Counted from the whole stretch's first letter, positions 39,101 to 52,807 are shown. The stretch: DNA of 63,763 nucleotides, filler included, from Reticulomyxa filosa (GCA_000512085.1; 26 parts of 26 records of this genome joined end to end with filler, not necessarily neighbours in it); one strand, 5' to 3'. A program made the numbers and translations. Notes: a model not told the origin generated them from the sequence alone.

Positions 39101-41692
39101 TATAGTTTGGTCCTGCTGAAGATAAATATATTGATATTTTTTAAACTAAAGCTTTGATATTAAGTCGAAAGAAGCAAACGCAACGATCCAATCGCTGAAA
39201 ACGAACAATAAAGTCACATTAGTCTAGTGATACCAACTAGCGTAAACGAAGTAAAATCTGTAACTTGAAATCATGTTATATCTGGTCAAATAACCAACTG
39301 ACGTTGGATATGATAACGCTGGAAATGACGCATGTGATGCTGGTAACAGTTGAACAGTTGTTGAATAAATTTTGAAAACAACATTTTTGTGCAAGAGTTT
39401 TTTTTAAATTTTTAAAATAGTTGAAATTTTACTTAAAAAACTTTCACTCCAAATTATGTAAATATCGCAAAATTTTGAAAATTTCTTTAAATGGACTAAT
39501 TGGAAATCGTGCATTAAATATTATTATTCGCAACTTGATGTTATGCAACATTAGTGAAAATTCTTGACTAGATCTTATGTTTTCTTTTATCAATAACAAA
39601 AAATAATTGTTAGAACTTTGTTGAAAAAATCTAACGAATATGGTACATTCATGGACATATTGGATGTGTTGTTAGTTTGATCCAAATGTGTTTACGCCAT
39701 CATCTTCATCATCATGTTCACAATCAAATCGATAAACACTGCAAATGTTATCATTTTTTGTTTGTAATGACTCTGTTTTATTAATTGAGACAAGAAAAAA
39801 GTAGTTTACACCCCTTTTTTAAAAAAAAAAAAAAATGCAACTAACACTTTTTAAAGCTCACAAGAAATGAGCCTTTTTTTTTTTTATATNNNNNNNNNNN
39901 NNNNNNNNNNNNNNNNNNNNNNNNNNNNNNNNNTTAATTAATTAANNNNNNNNNNNNNNNNNNNNNNNNNNNNNNNNNNNNNNNNNNNNAAATCAATCCA
40001 TTTACATATTTTCGACTTTCTTTTAAAATATTACTTGGAATATAGGTTGCGTATATGACATGACAATAATCAGCTCACCATTTTCAAATTGTTCGATTTT
40101 CGTTCAATATATCATGCACCACATTACATGATATGGACCTTCAATTTATTTTTTTTTCAAATTATACGCCATTTAAAGCGCAATACTATGATCCATATCC
40201 AATTCATGCCATCACTAAAATCAATATTTGTTTAATGACGGGCACACGTGTTGTAGTGTGGCTCCATGATTTGTATATTGAATTTTCATCAGCAACAATT
40301 TGACAATGATTTGCCACTTTGTTCACCTTCATGTCCGCAACCATCGATACCTGCTGCAACTGTTGCTGTTGCCATTATTGCTGGGAACTCACTGCAGCAC
40401 CAATGGCAATATACACAGCCACAGCTATTCATTTTCATTTGTACACTTTTAAATATCTATTCAAAATTTCAAGCAACACATATAAAAATATAACCAATAC
40501 ACGTATAAAGATGTTATGTTGAACATATATAAAATACTTTTCCAAGCAATGGACCCAATCACGATCATAACGTCAGGTGACAGGAAAGAGGAACATGCGA
40601 AACAGCAGCAAATTCTTGTGACGTGATAAATTGAATTTTTGCTGTTCGAGTGAGCGCTTCGATTTCAATAATAATACCATTATCAAGCATTCCGTTATTT
40701 GGAATCATTGAAAGGTCCGTCCCTTAGAACTACCATTTCAAGTGGTAGTCTTGTCAACAGAAGACTATTCCACTTTTCGCATCCGAGCGATTCGATTTTT
40801 TTGGTATCCGAACAATTCGTTCATATCCACAGTGGCAAGGTCTTTGAGAGGAAGAGGGACACCAAATCAAAGCCGCTGAAATATAGCGACGTCACCCAAA
40901 TATTTGCTCACACAATATCAGTCCAATATCTCGAAACAATTGACTAATGAGTAGAATATAATATGGACTGCGTTTCGTCGTCATCATCATTTTAATCATC
41001 ATTGGATATTGTCACACCAGTCAAGCAGCTTCCATTGGGAGTCTCGGAATACTCTTTTTTCTTTTCATCCACGATATTTTCCGACTACCAAATCCATCTG
41101 CTATTGTCATCGCCCTTGTGATAAGGGATACATCTTGGCCTTATCAAATGGACGTATGGTCATGGACGCAAGTATTCGAATAACGACCATTATCCTGATG
41201 ATCCAATGAGGAATGTCANNNNNNNNNNNNNNNNNNNNNNNNNNNNNNNNNNNNNNNNNNNNTTAATTAATTAANNNNNNNNNNNNNNNNNNNNNNNNNN
41301 NNNNNNNNNNNNNNNNNNTTTTATTTTGTTAAAAAAAAAGAAGTGATCTTACTCAAACAAAAAATGTTTCTATCAAAACATTGATTCAAAAAAAGGAAAA
41401 AAAAAGATTATACGAATTGAAAACTTCGAATTTCATTGTTTATTATTTTGATAATAAAAAAGGTGTGACAAAAAAGATATTATATATTTTTATTAAAAAA
41501 ATTATCAAAAAGAATATCAAAATTAATTGTATGATTTGTTTTGAATGATAACAATAATAACAAATAGCATTTGTTATTAATAACTTATAAAAAAGAAGTG
41601 CATATAAAGTTCAAATATATAATGCGACAATGTGAAATAGTATATGAATATGGTTTAAAAAAACCAAATAATCCAATTATCTTACTATCTCT

Positions 41693-41875
41693 ACATACCT
41701 GGTTCGAACTCATAGGTGATCAAAATGGCTTATGGGTAGTAACTTGTTGGTCTTTCAGTTTATAAAATGCACTCACACCACATTGATTGACTAACGTAGT
41801 TATTTTGCTATATCCCGAGTGGAGTAGCAGTCGACGCAATATTTGGCTATGGTGGATGCGTTAATCGCACCACCT
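41693..41875 (+). ncRNA. U1: U1 spliceosomal snRNA, variant 5' end
   Basis: Elements appear in canonical U1 order: 5' ACATACCTGG; SL1 (ACTCATAGGT/GCTTATGGGT) with loop GATCAAAATG; SL2 (TAACTTGTTGGTC/GACTAACGTAGTTA) with an ATGCAC loop; SL3 (TTGCTAT.TCC/GGAGTAGCAG); helix-H TCGAC; Sm-like AATATTTGG; SL4 (GGTGGATGCG/CGCACCACC). Confidence 0.88.
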
Positions 41876-42741
41876 CCCTATTTTCTATTTTTATTGATGG
41901 TGAAAATTTAATTTGTACTAATAATGATCACTCAAATATTTGTATTACCAGAAAAAAAAGATGCATGCTTTAACTCTTTTATTTTTCTAGGCATATTATT
42001 TCAATAAAAGTAAATTTAAAAAACAAATCGTAATTTGTTTTATAGTTCACTGGATTTTGCAATTAATTCCTTCATTAAATTTTTGTATTTTTTGTTTGAG
42101 TCATCTTTTTAAGTTGATTTATACGTTAAAAATTGTCCCACAAATGTTATTGTAATGTCTTCCACATAAAAAAAGGTGTCCGTAGTTACATTTTCATTTC
42201 CTGAAAAATAGCAAAATCGAATCTTTGTTTTTGGAACAAGCCTAATGTTTAGATTAAAGAGGTTCGAAAGGCTTTTAAAAAGATTCCAACAAGTCGTTTT
42301 TTTTATTTTCATGAATAGATTAATCAATTGCGAACATATTTTAATATTAACATTTTAAAAACAAAAACAAAAAACAGTGCACACGAAAAACAAATAATAA
42401 ATTATGCGTCAATGCAACCTCAAAAACATTCTGGAACGGAAACAATCACCAATTGTAGTCTCCGTAGAAACAAATAAAAATAATGGAAAAAAAATGACTA
42501 TACAAAAAGAAAAATGAAAGAAAGGGGTAAATAAGTAATAATAAAATAATTCGAAAGTGAGTATTTTTTATTTTTTGGATAGCTGTATGTTGATAAATAA
42601 TGATCACCTCACATTCTTCGATCGATATGTTAGGTGGGATCTGTGAAGGGAGGATTATGAACGAGAAGAGTGAGAAAACAAAAGATAAATATAAATAAGA
42701 GACATACACACATACATTATTAAGTATTTGTAAAGAAAAGA

Positions 42742-44272
42742 TTAATAGATTCGTATTTCTAATTTAGAAAAATTACGACATCGGACAGCGGAACGTTTTT
42801 GTGATTTATACTTGTGTGTAATGAATCGATAGGTATTGGTTTCCAAAGAGTCAATATTCAAAATATGATGGAGTCGCATCATAATAGGTTGAAGTTGGTG
42901 CCACGGATACTTCATTTCGAAATACGTGGTCATAAGTGTATCCCATTCTTGGATGGAGGCGCATACACGCATGATGCAGCAAACATAGCAAATGATCGCA
43001 CTGGAAAACCATCGACGGCGGAAAATGCAATGCAATGCTCGAGTCGGCACAACACATTTCCGCTAAAAACATACACAAATGAGTCATGAGCAGATCGTTA
43101 TTGCGATTGCTCATTCGATACTTGGCAATATGAAGATATCGCTCCAAAAAGGACCAATGTGTTACCAAACATACGTTAAAGTCTAAACACAACAAGATAT
43201 GCTCTTCCATTTGAATCAAGTTTTCGCGAGTGAATCGGAACAAATGCTCTGTTTCTTGTTTTTTGTTTTTGGTTTTGTTGATGTTGGCATTGCAATTCGC
43301 CGCGTCATCAAAAGCGTTACTATCATAGTCATCGTTATCGTTAAGGCGAACATTGGCCGCCCAAAACAAATGTTTGTATTCCAAAGTAAACGTTTCTTGA
43401 TACTTGCTGGCAATCCACAAACAACATAACACAAATAATGGGAAACAGTTGGCATTGATTTGTTTGAAACAGGCATCTTTCCGACGATTCGTTTTTGACT
43501 GCTTTTTTTTGTGTTGACACGTAGCACTAGCACTAGCACTAGTACCTTGATCAAAGGATTGTTCTGACGTCCATGTCGGTGTCAATGTTTGCAAGTATTT
43601 GTCCATGATAGCAATGCCAAGGAACAAGGACGCATCTGACAAACGCAGCAAGTGATGTAGTTGCACCATCCAATCTACTCCCCGTCGACGCAGTTCATTC
43701 GTGATTCCCAAACACCTCCATTGTTCACACTCCTCTAATCCGTTTCGAAGTAGTTTGCAACGAGCCATTTCCTTGCTGTAATGATGCGACATTATGTCCT
43801 CCACGTACGATGCGCAATTCAAATCCGTCTCCGATTGCACATTGTCCCAAGGCTTTAATTCCGGTTGTATACGTGTTGTGTTCTTATCTTCTCTTTCTGG
43901 TAGTGTTGCACTTGTGTTTTCCTCATGTCCTTCCTCTCCTTTGTAAGTTTGTTGGAGATCATCCATTTCTTCGTCTTCATCCATTGTGTCGCCCTCATTC
44001 ATGAGTGACTTGTCGCTTCTTTGCATCACCTCTTCCCATGTGCACGTGTTCATATCCATGCCCAAGGGCGATGACGACGACAAGTCGTCTGCCACTGACT
44101 TTTCCTCTTTTTCACTTGATGGTGATGGCGGAGAGAATGTGGGACTGGGAGCAATTAACACACTTTTGCTTATCATTGTGTTTCCGTATCCCCTCCCTTC
44201 GCTCTCGTTGGTGTGTGCTCCGTTCAAAGAGGATTTTTGAGCTTCATACTGGCAATGAGAATAAGTTGCCAT
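42742..44272 (-). CDS. Divergent A/B-type cyclin (1-nt frameshift near 43005)
   Basis: 'ASYVEDIMSH', 'LRRRGVDWMVQLHHLLRLSDASLFLGIAIMDKYL', 'CLWIASKYQE', 'LIQMEEHILLCLDFNV', 'FPPSMV|SSAIICY'. Confidence 0.88.
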
Positions 44273-44703
44273 CCGTTCCGTTTGTGATGACCACAAGTTT
44301 AACAAAATATGAAAAAAGAAAAGAATTGTGTTGACTTGTGAGGAACACTCAAACTAAAAACTTTTCATTACTAAACGAAAATTGAAACGATATATACAGT
44401 TGAGGCACAAACAAAATCATTTTACTTTCAATTATAGTAACTAATTTTACCTTCAACTCCATGTCTCTGGCTATTTTATTCATAGTTTTGGGTTTAATTA
44501 TGTCACTAGCGATCTACTAGCTTTTGCATAAAACAAATAAGACAAATCATTAGTTTAAAATTTCAAGAAAGGACAGAAAACTGAAAGCAGTAACTTTACA
44601 AATTTAGTAGGTGAGTAACCTCACCTACAAAAAGCGAAGTGGGTCGGTGTATGGATTGTTTTTCGTTTTTTATTTTTGTTTACATAGTTGAACGAAAATA
44701 ATA

Positions 44704-45967
44704 ATGGTATCATGGCTGAGTATATCCTATGAAGCGGTCTGTTTGATTTCATGGTGCCTAGAAATGGTAATATTAGGACTCTTTGTGCACCACTGGAGAA
44801 CGCAACCCAATCAACAGCCGAAACCTGGACATGAAAAAGTGACACGAATCTTCCCTCTACTCACTTGTTTATGTATCGTGGCATATTCAGGTATATCAAT
44901 ACTGGGAGCGTTGGAAATGCGAATTGGAAAAACAGGGTGTAGGATTCGATCGCAAGCGAATGCAGTGTTTGTAATAAGCGCTCGTTTTTCCTTGTATAAC
45001 ATACTCATTTTACGCTTACAAGCCATATTCGAAGGCACCGGATTTAGATACTCGGCACGTTTTCTGACATTTTTGAAGCTTAGCGTGTTGGTATACTCGC
45101 TCACCTTTTATGCCTTAAGTCCGTGGCTCGCGAAAGGTAGATCCACCAAATGGAGTGAATGTACATTCACAACAAACATTTGGATCATTACCGCGTTCGC
45201 TGTAACCGACATAATTATCAACATTGTTTGCTTGGCATTATTTGTAAGGTAACTACGATTTTCTTTTTTCTTTTTTTTTTTTTTTTTATGTGCATACGTA
45301 TACGCATATATATATCATGTACATATATGTACATACATGCATCTATAGTATGTACTATATAGCTGTGTATATTATGTCCTTGTACCATACAAGTTTGCAT
45401 GTTGGATTAGTATGGGAACAGTGGGGGGGGGGAAAAAGAGCCACACAAGGATAGAGGCTTTTATTTTTTTTTTTTTTTTTTTGAAAAAAAAAAAAGACCG
45501 CTGTTGCAAGTGTGGATCGAGGCCAGTGCGCAAGAATTGTTCGACGTAACGGTCAAGTACACAGTGTTGACAGCAACTGCGTCATTGACAGAATTGGTGT
45601 CAACAGCGTTATTTGCTACTAGTTGGCCTATTTATCATGTGAACAGAATTGACGAGGTTATTCATTGCTATTTACTCTTCTTTCACACTATGTACTCTCC
45701 CTCCTTCTTTTTGATCGCCACTTTTTTTGATCGCCTCTTTTTTTTTTTTTTTTAGGAATTAATTGCGTTTGTCTGTTGCTGATGACCAACACATACACGA
45801 GATGGTACGAATTCCTGTGTGCTGGTTGCATAAACTGCTGCAGTCTTCCTGTTAAGGCCATGGGCAGAATGACTATTACGATCAATGAGGCTGAAATGGA
45901 ACGTAAACAATCCAAGCTGAGTTTTGAAGCGGTGGGAGAATCCTCCCCAGGCACTCCTAATAAATGA
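44704..45967 (+). CDS. Seven-transmembrane (GPCR-like) protein, three exons
   Basis: Exon 1 has five hydrophobic helices with 'C.I......ARFSLY.ILILRLQAIF'. Two more helices are in the exons at about 45497-45656 and 45756-45967. Confidence 0.7.
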
Positions 45968-46208
45968 TATCTAATCTAGATATTTCTGGAAAACTCATTT
46001 GTAGATTTTTTTAAAAAAAGAGGATGCCAATCAATATTTGAAAATGTTTTGTATGTTGATTTGCCTTGAATGAACTGAAGAAAGAAATAATTTTCCAGTA
46101 ATCGACTTTTTTTTAACAATTGCTTTGTGTAAATACACTTTAAAAATACTTTTTGATATTGTTGAGCCATGTGGAAGCATATTATCTAAATATTTGGCTT
46201 TCTTTATA

Positions 46209-47275
46209 CGGTAAAATGCAAAGTAAAGTTGATACATAAAACGGCACCTTATAGAGATCATTGATTTTATGAATGAAAAAACAACATACAGACAAAATTT
46301 TTTAAAAATCTACAAATAGTGTAGTTTTTAAATATCATTTGGTTTTTTATTACATATTTCCTAATTGTTTAAAAAATTTGAATATTTTATTGATTTTTGA
46401 AAATTTTCGAGAAAAAGTTGACTATCGTGACTATGTCATAACCATGAAACTTGCCAACTTTTTTTAAAGAATTTTTAGAAAATTCTCAATGCGTAGATAT
46501 TTGTAAAAAAAAGATTAGTCTTCTACGTTGAGTAGTTTTTGATAAAGCTCAATTTTTTGTTAACAAAATATTTTTTTTTTGAGAATTTTCAAAGTTTGTA
46601 AAATGTGAAAGAATTATTGTTTTGACTACTGTTTGCTTTGTATTTACTTATAATTGATTTTTTTGCTTTTTTTTGTCCAATGCTAAACAAGTCAAACTAA
46701 TTCAAAAGCATAAGAATTAAAATTTTTTTTTGTGCTAAGATTGTCTTTAATGAAAATTATCATTTGGTTAAATCACTTTTTGCATTTTATACTGCTTGTA
46801 TTTTCTCTGACATTGAATTTGTTAAGTTTGTCTATATTTCTTTGTCATTTTTTTTCATTCTAATTCAAATTGTTTACTGCTTTCTTCTTTTGATCAGAAT
46901 GATCAATTTTTGAATATTTTCGTTTTCACTATAAACCAAAGATTTTCGATATGTTTTGCAACTTTGCGCAAACTCCAGCACTGACTCAACAGTTCAACAC
47001 CAAGTCTTTTGCTAAAATTCTCAATACTTTAGCAATTTTCAAAAAAATGATTAAAAAACTCAAATATCGAACTACATTGAGCTAAAAAAAAAGGATAAAA
47101 TATTGAAATAATTATTAAAGATTTAATAAAAAACTAAATTTAAAATGATATTTAAAAAGTACACGATTTGTATTATTAAAAAAAAATTAGGTCTGAATGT
47201 TGTTTTTTCATTCATAAAATCAATAATCTCTATAAGGTGCCGTTTTATGTGTCAACTTTACTTTGCATTCTACTG
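46209..47275. mobile_element. Non-autonomous Tc1/mariner-like DNA transposon (MITE-like) with long TIRs and a TA target-site duplication
   Basis: The left end TA|cggtaaaatgcaaagtaaagttgatacataaaacggcaccttatagagatcattgattttatgaatgaaaaaacaaca nearly matches the reverse complement of the right end, TA|cagtagaatgcaaagtaaagttgacacataaaacggcaccttatagagattattgattttatgaatgaaaaaacaaca. There is no transposase ORF inside. Confidence 0.88.
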
Positions 47276-47611
47276 TACAACGTGTAAAAGTTGCTTTAGT
47301 TCAAAAATTAATCTCATCTGTTTGAAGTGTTTGAAGAATTTTACTATTTTTCATCACAAATTTAGTGTTCTGTATATGCTTTTGGCATCTTTTCTTTCGT
47401 CAAGCTAACTTTAAACCTAATTATTTTCTTATCATGAAAACAATTAGTTGAAAATTAAAGAAACTATTTTAAAGAACTGGGACATTATCAAGTCAATTTT
47501 ACGTGCCTTATTACATAGAACACGTGTGAAAAGTAATAAAACAAGTTGTAGAGAAGGTCCTGCCAGGAAACAAACCCTTTCGGAACTTAGAAATCTTTTT
47601 TCATTAAAAAG

Positions 47612-48245
47612 ATGACGCAATTAACACAAAAAAAACCTACAAGTACAAAATCAGAACCACAATATGTAGAATTGGCTCCTCAAGTAGAAGCAATAGTGAT
47701 AGCAGACGCAAACGGAAACCGTTTGTGCGCAAAATACTATTGCAAACTGGAAGATTTGAAGGAAAAGAATCTCAAACAAAATTTGAAACTGGAATTTTAA
47801 ATAAAATTAATCGATCTCAAGCAAAAAATGAAACAGATGTAATGTTATACAATGATCATTTAGTGTTATTTAAGTCATTTCAAACAGTAAGACTGTTATT
47901 AATTGCTTCACCAACAGCAAATGAATTAATAATGGATGAAGTATTAAAAGGATTAGAAGATGCATTAAATGCATTATTGAGGTAAGATTGTTAATTTTTT
48001 ACTGCTTTAATAAATAAATACACATTATAATATACATATATAGAAATAATGTTGACAGTCGCTCAATTATTGATAACATGGATTATATCTTACTTGCTAT
48101 TGATGAAATATGTGATGATGGGATCATCTTTGAAACTGCTGGGGATGCCGTTACCAGTCGCGTACAAATGCGGGAAATTTCACCATTATCTCAAGACACT
48201 CTTTCTGATGCTTTTCAAAAAGCGAGAACCCAATGGCTTAGATGA
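47612..48245 (+). CDS. COPZ: Coatomer subunit zeta (two exons; 1-nt frameshift near 47740)
   Basis: 'VEAIVIADANGNRLCAKYY', 'KFETGILNK', 'ANELIMDEVLKGLEDAL', intron 47982-48043, then 'IIDNMDYILLAIDEICDDGIIFET'. Confidence 0.93.
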
Positions 48246-49194
48246 TTTTTTTTTAATAAAAAAAAATAAACATACTTTTTAAAATGTCTCTTCACTTTTC
48301 CATTTTTTTTTGTTTATTGGAGAGAGAAAAAGAAAGAGAGGAGACGCCACATCATTTGCTACCACGTCAAAAAATTATGTCTTTTTCCTTCACATTTTAA
48401 TTATCCAACAACATTTCCTTACATATTTCCATTTACTCTCTTTACTTACACTCTTTTTCTTTTTTATCAAATTTTTGGTTCAATTAATATCTGTTTGTAC
48501 TTCTTGCCATCTTGTTTTTTTCTTTGTATGTCTCGAAATTGAAAAGGTACCTTATACAATTCTCTAAAAATGTAATACACGATTTAATTTAACGTAAAGA
48601 ATATCTCAAAGTTACTACTTTAGTTGTGGTATTTCAGATCTGCATGTTTTTGCTTAAAACTGCCCATTTGTAATAATTGATAAAACAATAATTTGAGAAT
48701 TAGAGTAATACCAGAAAGTGGCAATTAGTTGACCACTAAATAAATTGATCAAAGTATTTTGTAACAAAACTTGAAAATGTTTAGAATTCCAAAAATTCAC
48801 TTCATCAAAATGTGCCTTTAGACACGATGGTTGGATTTGAGGGGAAAAAATTCCCCTTTGGAAAAATTTTAAAAGAAAACAATCAACGCATAAAAAACAA
48901 AGACAGTTCTCTCGTGTTCCTCAGTCCACTAAATCGTGTGTTAGACGAAAAGGGGAACAGGAGGGACAGGGAAAAAGGGGTTAAAAAAAATAAAAACAAA
49001 CTCAACCAAGAAAAAATGCATACAAAAACAATGTGACTAAAGGCCAAAAAAAAATGATGAAACACAAAAAACAAACCAAAAACGAACCTTTTGCTTCACA
49101 GAAACCATAGCTGAATATGTCGTCCAACCACAACAGAGGTTAGTTCAGTTTGACAAACGCATTTGGTTTTTTTTTTTATTGTTGTTGATGTGCA

Positions 49195-50153
49195 TTATTT
49201 AAATCAATCACCAACTTTGATTCAATTTCACTGCCTTGGATGAACTATTATTTCCAACACAACAAAAAAGGGTGCTCACTTCAAAAAAAAAGGGGGGAAA
49301 CAAAAAAAATTTTTAAAACACAAAAAAAAAAAAAAAATCAAAACTTTGGTAAATTCTTCTTCAGATAATTTCCCGTCCTTGTCCTCATCTGCTTGAAAGA
49401 TGGTACGATCCACCAATTGTTGTAGTTGTGTGTCGTTAAGATTATCACCAACCATTATTTTCAGAATTCGGAACAAATCGCCATTGCTGATGTATCCATC
49501 GTTATTTACGTCATAAATTTTGAATGTAACTGTCATCACCACCCATCGGAATATATAAAATATATGTATGTATATGTAAATAACATATGTGTATATATTA
49601 TATACATATATATATTTTTTGTGTATGACACATAAAATACGTGAAACATAAAAAGGTTGTGTCATTGTTTTGAAAACTCTTTCCTTCCTCCTCCTCTGTT
49701 ACAACAATGATACAAGACAAAAAGTATACAACACTAACATGACATTTTGGCCTTTTGGTTAGGTTCATCATTTGAACAAAATATTCCAAGAGCCCCAACG
49801 AACTCTGAAAAGTCAATCTTATCATTGTTATCGTTGTCAAAAATCTCTAATACTCTTGAGACCAATGGGTTTTGTTGTAATGCTTCGATTTGTAAAAACT
49901 CATCTTTTGACAAAAAGCCGTCATTGTTTTTGTCCAAACGTTTGAAATTTCTGAACAATCGCTGTAATTCTTGGGTCGTGACTGTATTGTTTTTTTGTTT
50001 ATTTTGGATTTTATTCGTTTATTTTCCCAGTTTTAGTTTTTTTCTCACAAAAAAAAATTCCAAGATAGTTTTTTTGTTTTTAGTAGTGATACATTTTGCT
50101 GAGAATTTATCTGTGCTCAAATCTTTTGCTTTCAGATCCTGAATATTACCCAT
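49195..50153 (-). CDS. CNB1: Calcineurin B regulatory subunit (four exons)
   Basis: MG start, then '[46 protein letters not shown]' and '[58 protein letters not shown]'. Confidence 0.95.
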
Positions 50154-50887
50154 TCTTCTAAATAGTTAGTAGACACGCTTCAACAACAAATTACTGGAAA
50201 TGGAAAAACTTAGAAACAGGCCAAACCTAAAAAAAACTAAACTTTTTTTTGGACAACTTTCACACTGTTAAAACAATAAAGAAGTCTTGCGTTTTTTTTT
50301 ACTTGTATACATACACGAAAAAATCAATTACATCAAAATTATAATCATTTTTGTCAAATTGGTGTGCTGTGATCTATTTTAACGGCTCTGATACATTGCA
50401 TCGTGATTGCTGACGATTTTTTTAGAAATCGCTTGTGGAACAATGTGACGACAATGATGCTGTTTTTATTGCTTTTTGCTGAGTTTTACTTCTTTTTAAT
50501 TGTTTTGGTGACAATGCACTCCTACAATAACATAGTGTGTTAATCACAAAAAATGTGTTAACTTGGTAAAACCATGCTTAAATATTATTCCAATGAAGAG
50601 AAAATTGCGTGAAGACTAACTTTTGTTTCCCTTGGATTATTGTTTACTTTTAAAACATTTTTACTTGGTTGTTTTGCAACCGTAAGAAAAGGTATGCAAA
50701 AAAGCTTAGTAAGGCTCGATTTTTTATAACCATTATTTTTCTTCTCTTGTAATTGCTCATTTTTTTGCAATTTCTAATTACAGTAAAAAAAAACCACTAA
50801 AATTTTTTTACTTGGAAGGGTAAAAAAAAAAGTGAACGAAATCTAGTTATAATATACAACACAATATCAGCGTGTGTTCAACTAATC

Positions 50888-52308
50888 ATGAAACATGTCC
50901 ACGGAGTTTCATTTTTGATATCTTTGGCACTATTTACCATCTCGTTTTGGTTCTGGATCGATATGACGAGTACTCCTCGTGTAACTCAAGCAAGAGTATT
51001 ACCCGAAGCCGAACCAAGGCCAAAAAAAACGATTCCAATGGTATTTGATAACTTTGGAATGGCAACAGGCTATTTTCATACACTAAACTGTTTTTTTATT
51101 CGCTATCCCTAGTGAAGTGGAACTATTCATGGACAACAACCTACGACACATTGATTGAAATACCTGGACAATTACGGAAAGACAAAAACCCAAATCATTA
51201 CCCAATTCGTTATTTCTTTGACCTATTTGAGACTCCCAATTCGCACAAGCAACATCACTACCTGAAAGTAAGCGACGATTTAAGTTCTTTAGAAGACTCT
51301 CGACTCCGATATTCAGATTGTGACCCTCCGTATGGAAACGCGGACTTTATGCACGACATCCGTCTGTTCTTTGACCGACTCTTAGATCTAAATCGGAGCC
51401 ATCGACCAGTTTGGAGCCTGGATGTGAAAAGGCCTCCCAATTGGTACCATTACTATCCCACTTCGTTGTCCATCTTGTTGATCAACCGCTCCAATGTGTT
51501 TAAACGCGGCCTCGTTAATATCAATTCATTATACGTCGCGCTAAAAAGTTTTTTTGAAAGCGACGTTCCGCAACTGTCACCAACGTTTAAAAAATATGCT
51601 TCTCAAAATGCCAGTTTCAATAAAAATGGGTTTGCATCTGGGAGTCAGGAAAGCAAGTTGTTTCACTTGTTGTCAAAATTTGAGGGAAAAAAGCAGTCAC
51701 TCCAAACTTTGGAGACGGACTCCAAAACTCGGCCTCCTTCTCTCTCTTTGGAGGAAAAGTACGAAAATGTGTTTTGGATGTCACTTAAACTATTTCGTTA
51801 CCAAGTGCAACTCATTTCTCCTGAATACCCTTCCATGAATATTACCACAGCATTGCAGCACTTTGTGGATGCCAGCATTGTCATTGCTGTGCATGGCGCT
51901 GCAGAACAAAACTTGTTCATTAGCAATCCTGGCACTTTAGTCCTTGAAATTTGTCCTCCTTATATGCATTGCAAATGCTATAAAGATAAAAAATCGAGCT
52001 ATTGTCCTGGCTTTTATAGCTCACGCATGAGACATGCACATTTTTTTGCGTACGCTCAAGAAACGGAGTCTTTCAATTGCACTTTGTTTTGTCAAAAAAT
52101 GCCCAACACTATTAATGCAAGGAAAATCGTCAGAAATGGGCCCACTCAAGGGATTGACGTCAACTCCGATGACATCATCTATTTGCTTCTTAAAATGCTC
52201 GCTTTTCGAAACTGGAATTTCTATCAAGACATTTTTACACGAAAACATGCCACTGATGACTTGGAGGCTTTGCTTAACATTTCTTTACTCATGCAATATG
52301 CAAAGTAA
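50888..52308 (+). CDS. GT61/DUF563-like type II membrane glycosyltransferase (frameshift in the T-run near 51090)
   Basis: N-terminal TM anchor. 'ALQHFVDASIVIAVHGAAEQNLFISNPGTLVLEICP' matches the GT61 HGAG..N motif. Confidence 0.8.
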
Positions 52309-52807
52309 AGGCGTAAAAAAAACTTTTTAAAATCTCTCTTCCAAATCTTTTCATCTTTCGTATATTAAATGGGTCCAAAATTGTACGCTCTTTTGTTTTA
52401 TTGCTTGCTTCTTTTTTTTTAAAACTTGTTGTAAGATATCAAGCATTTTCCAAAACAAAAAAAATGGTAACTCCAAAACTTGGAGCTTTTTACTCGCCTT
52501 TCAAAATTTATTGACCAAAATATTTTTGAAAAAACGACAGAACTTGTTTTGGCTTTGTTCTTTATTAAATTACTTTTCTTTGTGATATAACTAACACAAA
52601 CTGTGCAAAAAACACAGTTTACGTTGATCTCAAATAATAATTTTTAAATTACATAAATATTAGTTTGCTTTTGTCTGTAAGTTGAGAAAATCACTACCAG
52701 AACTTTTCTGTTTAACCGATGTCAACCCCCCTTGCCTTTTCTAGAAAAACTTCTGTGAGCATTCATTCTTCATATCAAAATATATTAAATCGTAGAAAGA
52801 AGTAAAA

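Noticed and set aside
1848-41875. U2, PRP8 and U1 as a spliceosomal gene cluster
   Set aside because: They are on different contigs, so co-occurrence is a concatenation artefact.
47730-51115. Programmed frameshifting or RNA editing in COPZ, calcineurin B, GT61 (also the cyclin)
   Set aside because: Each shift is a single base in a homopolymer run with no shared slippery motif, which is typical of pyrosequencing error. Raw reads would confirm.
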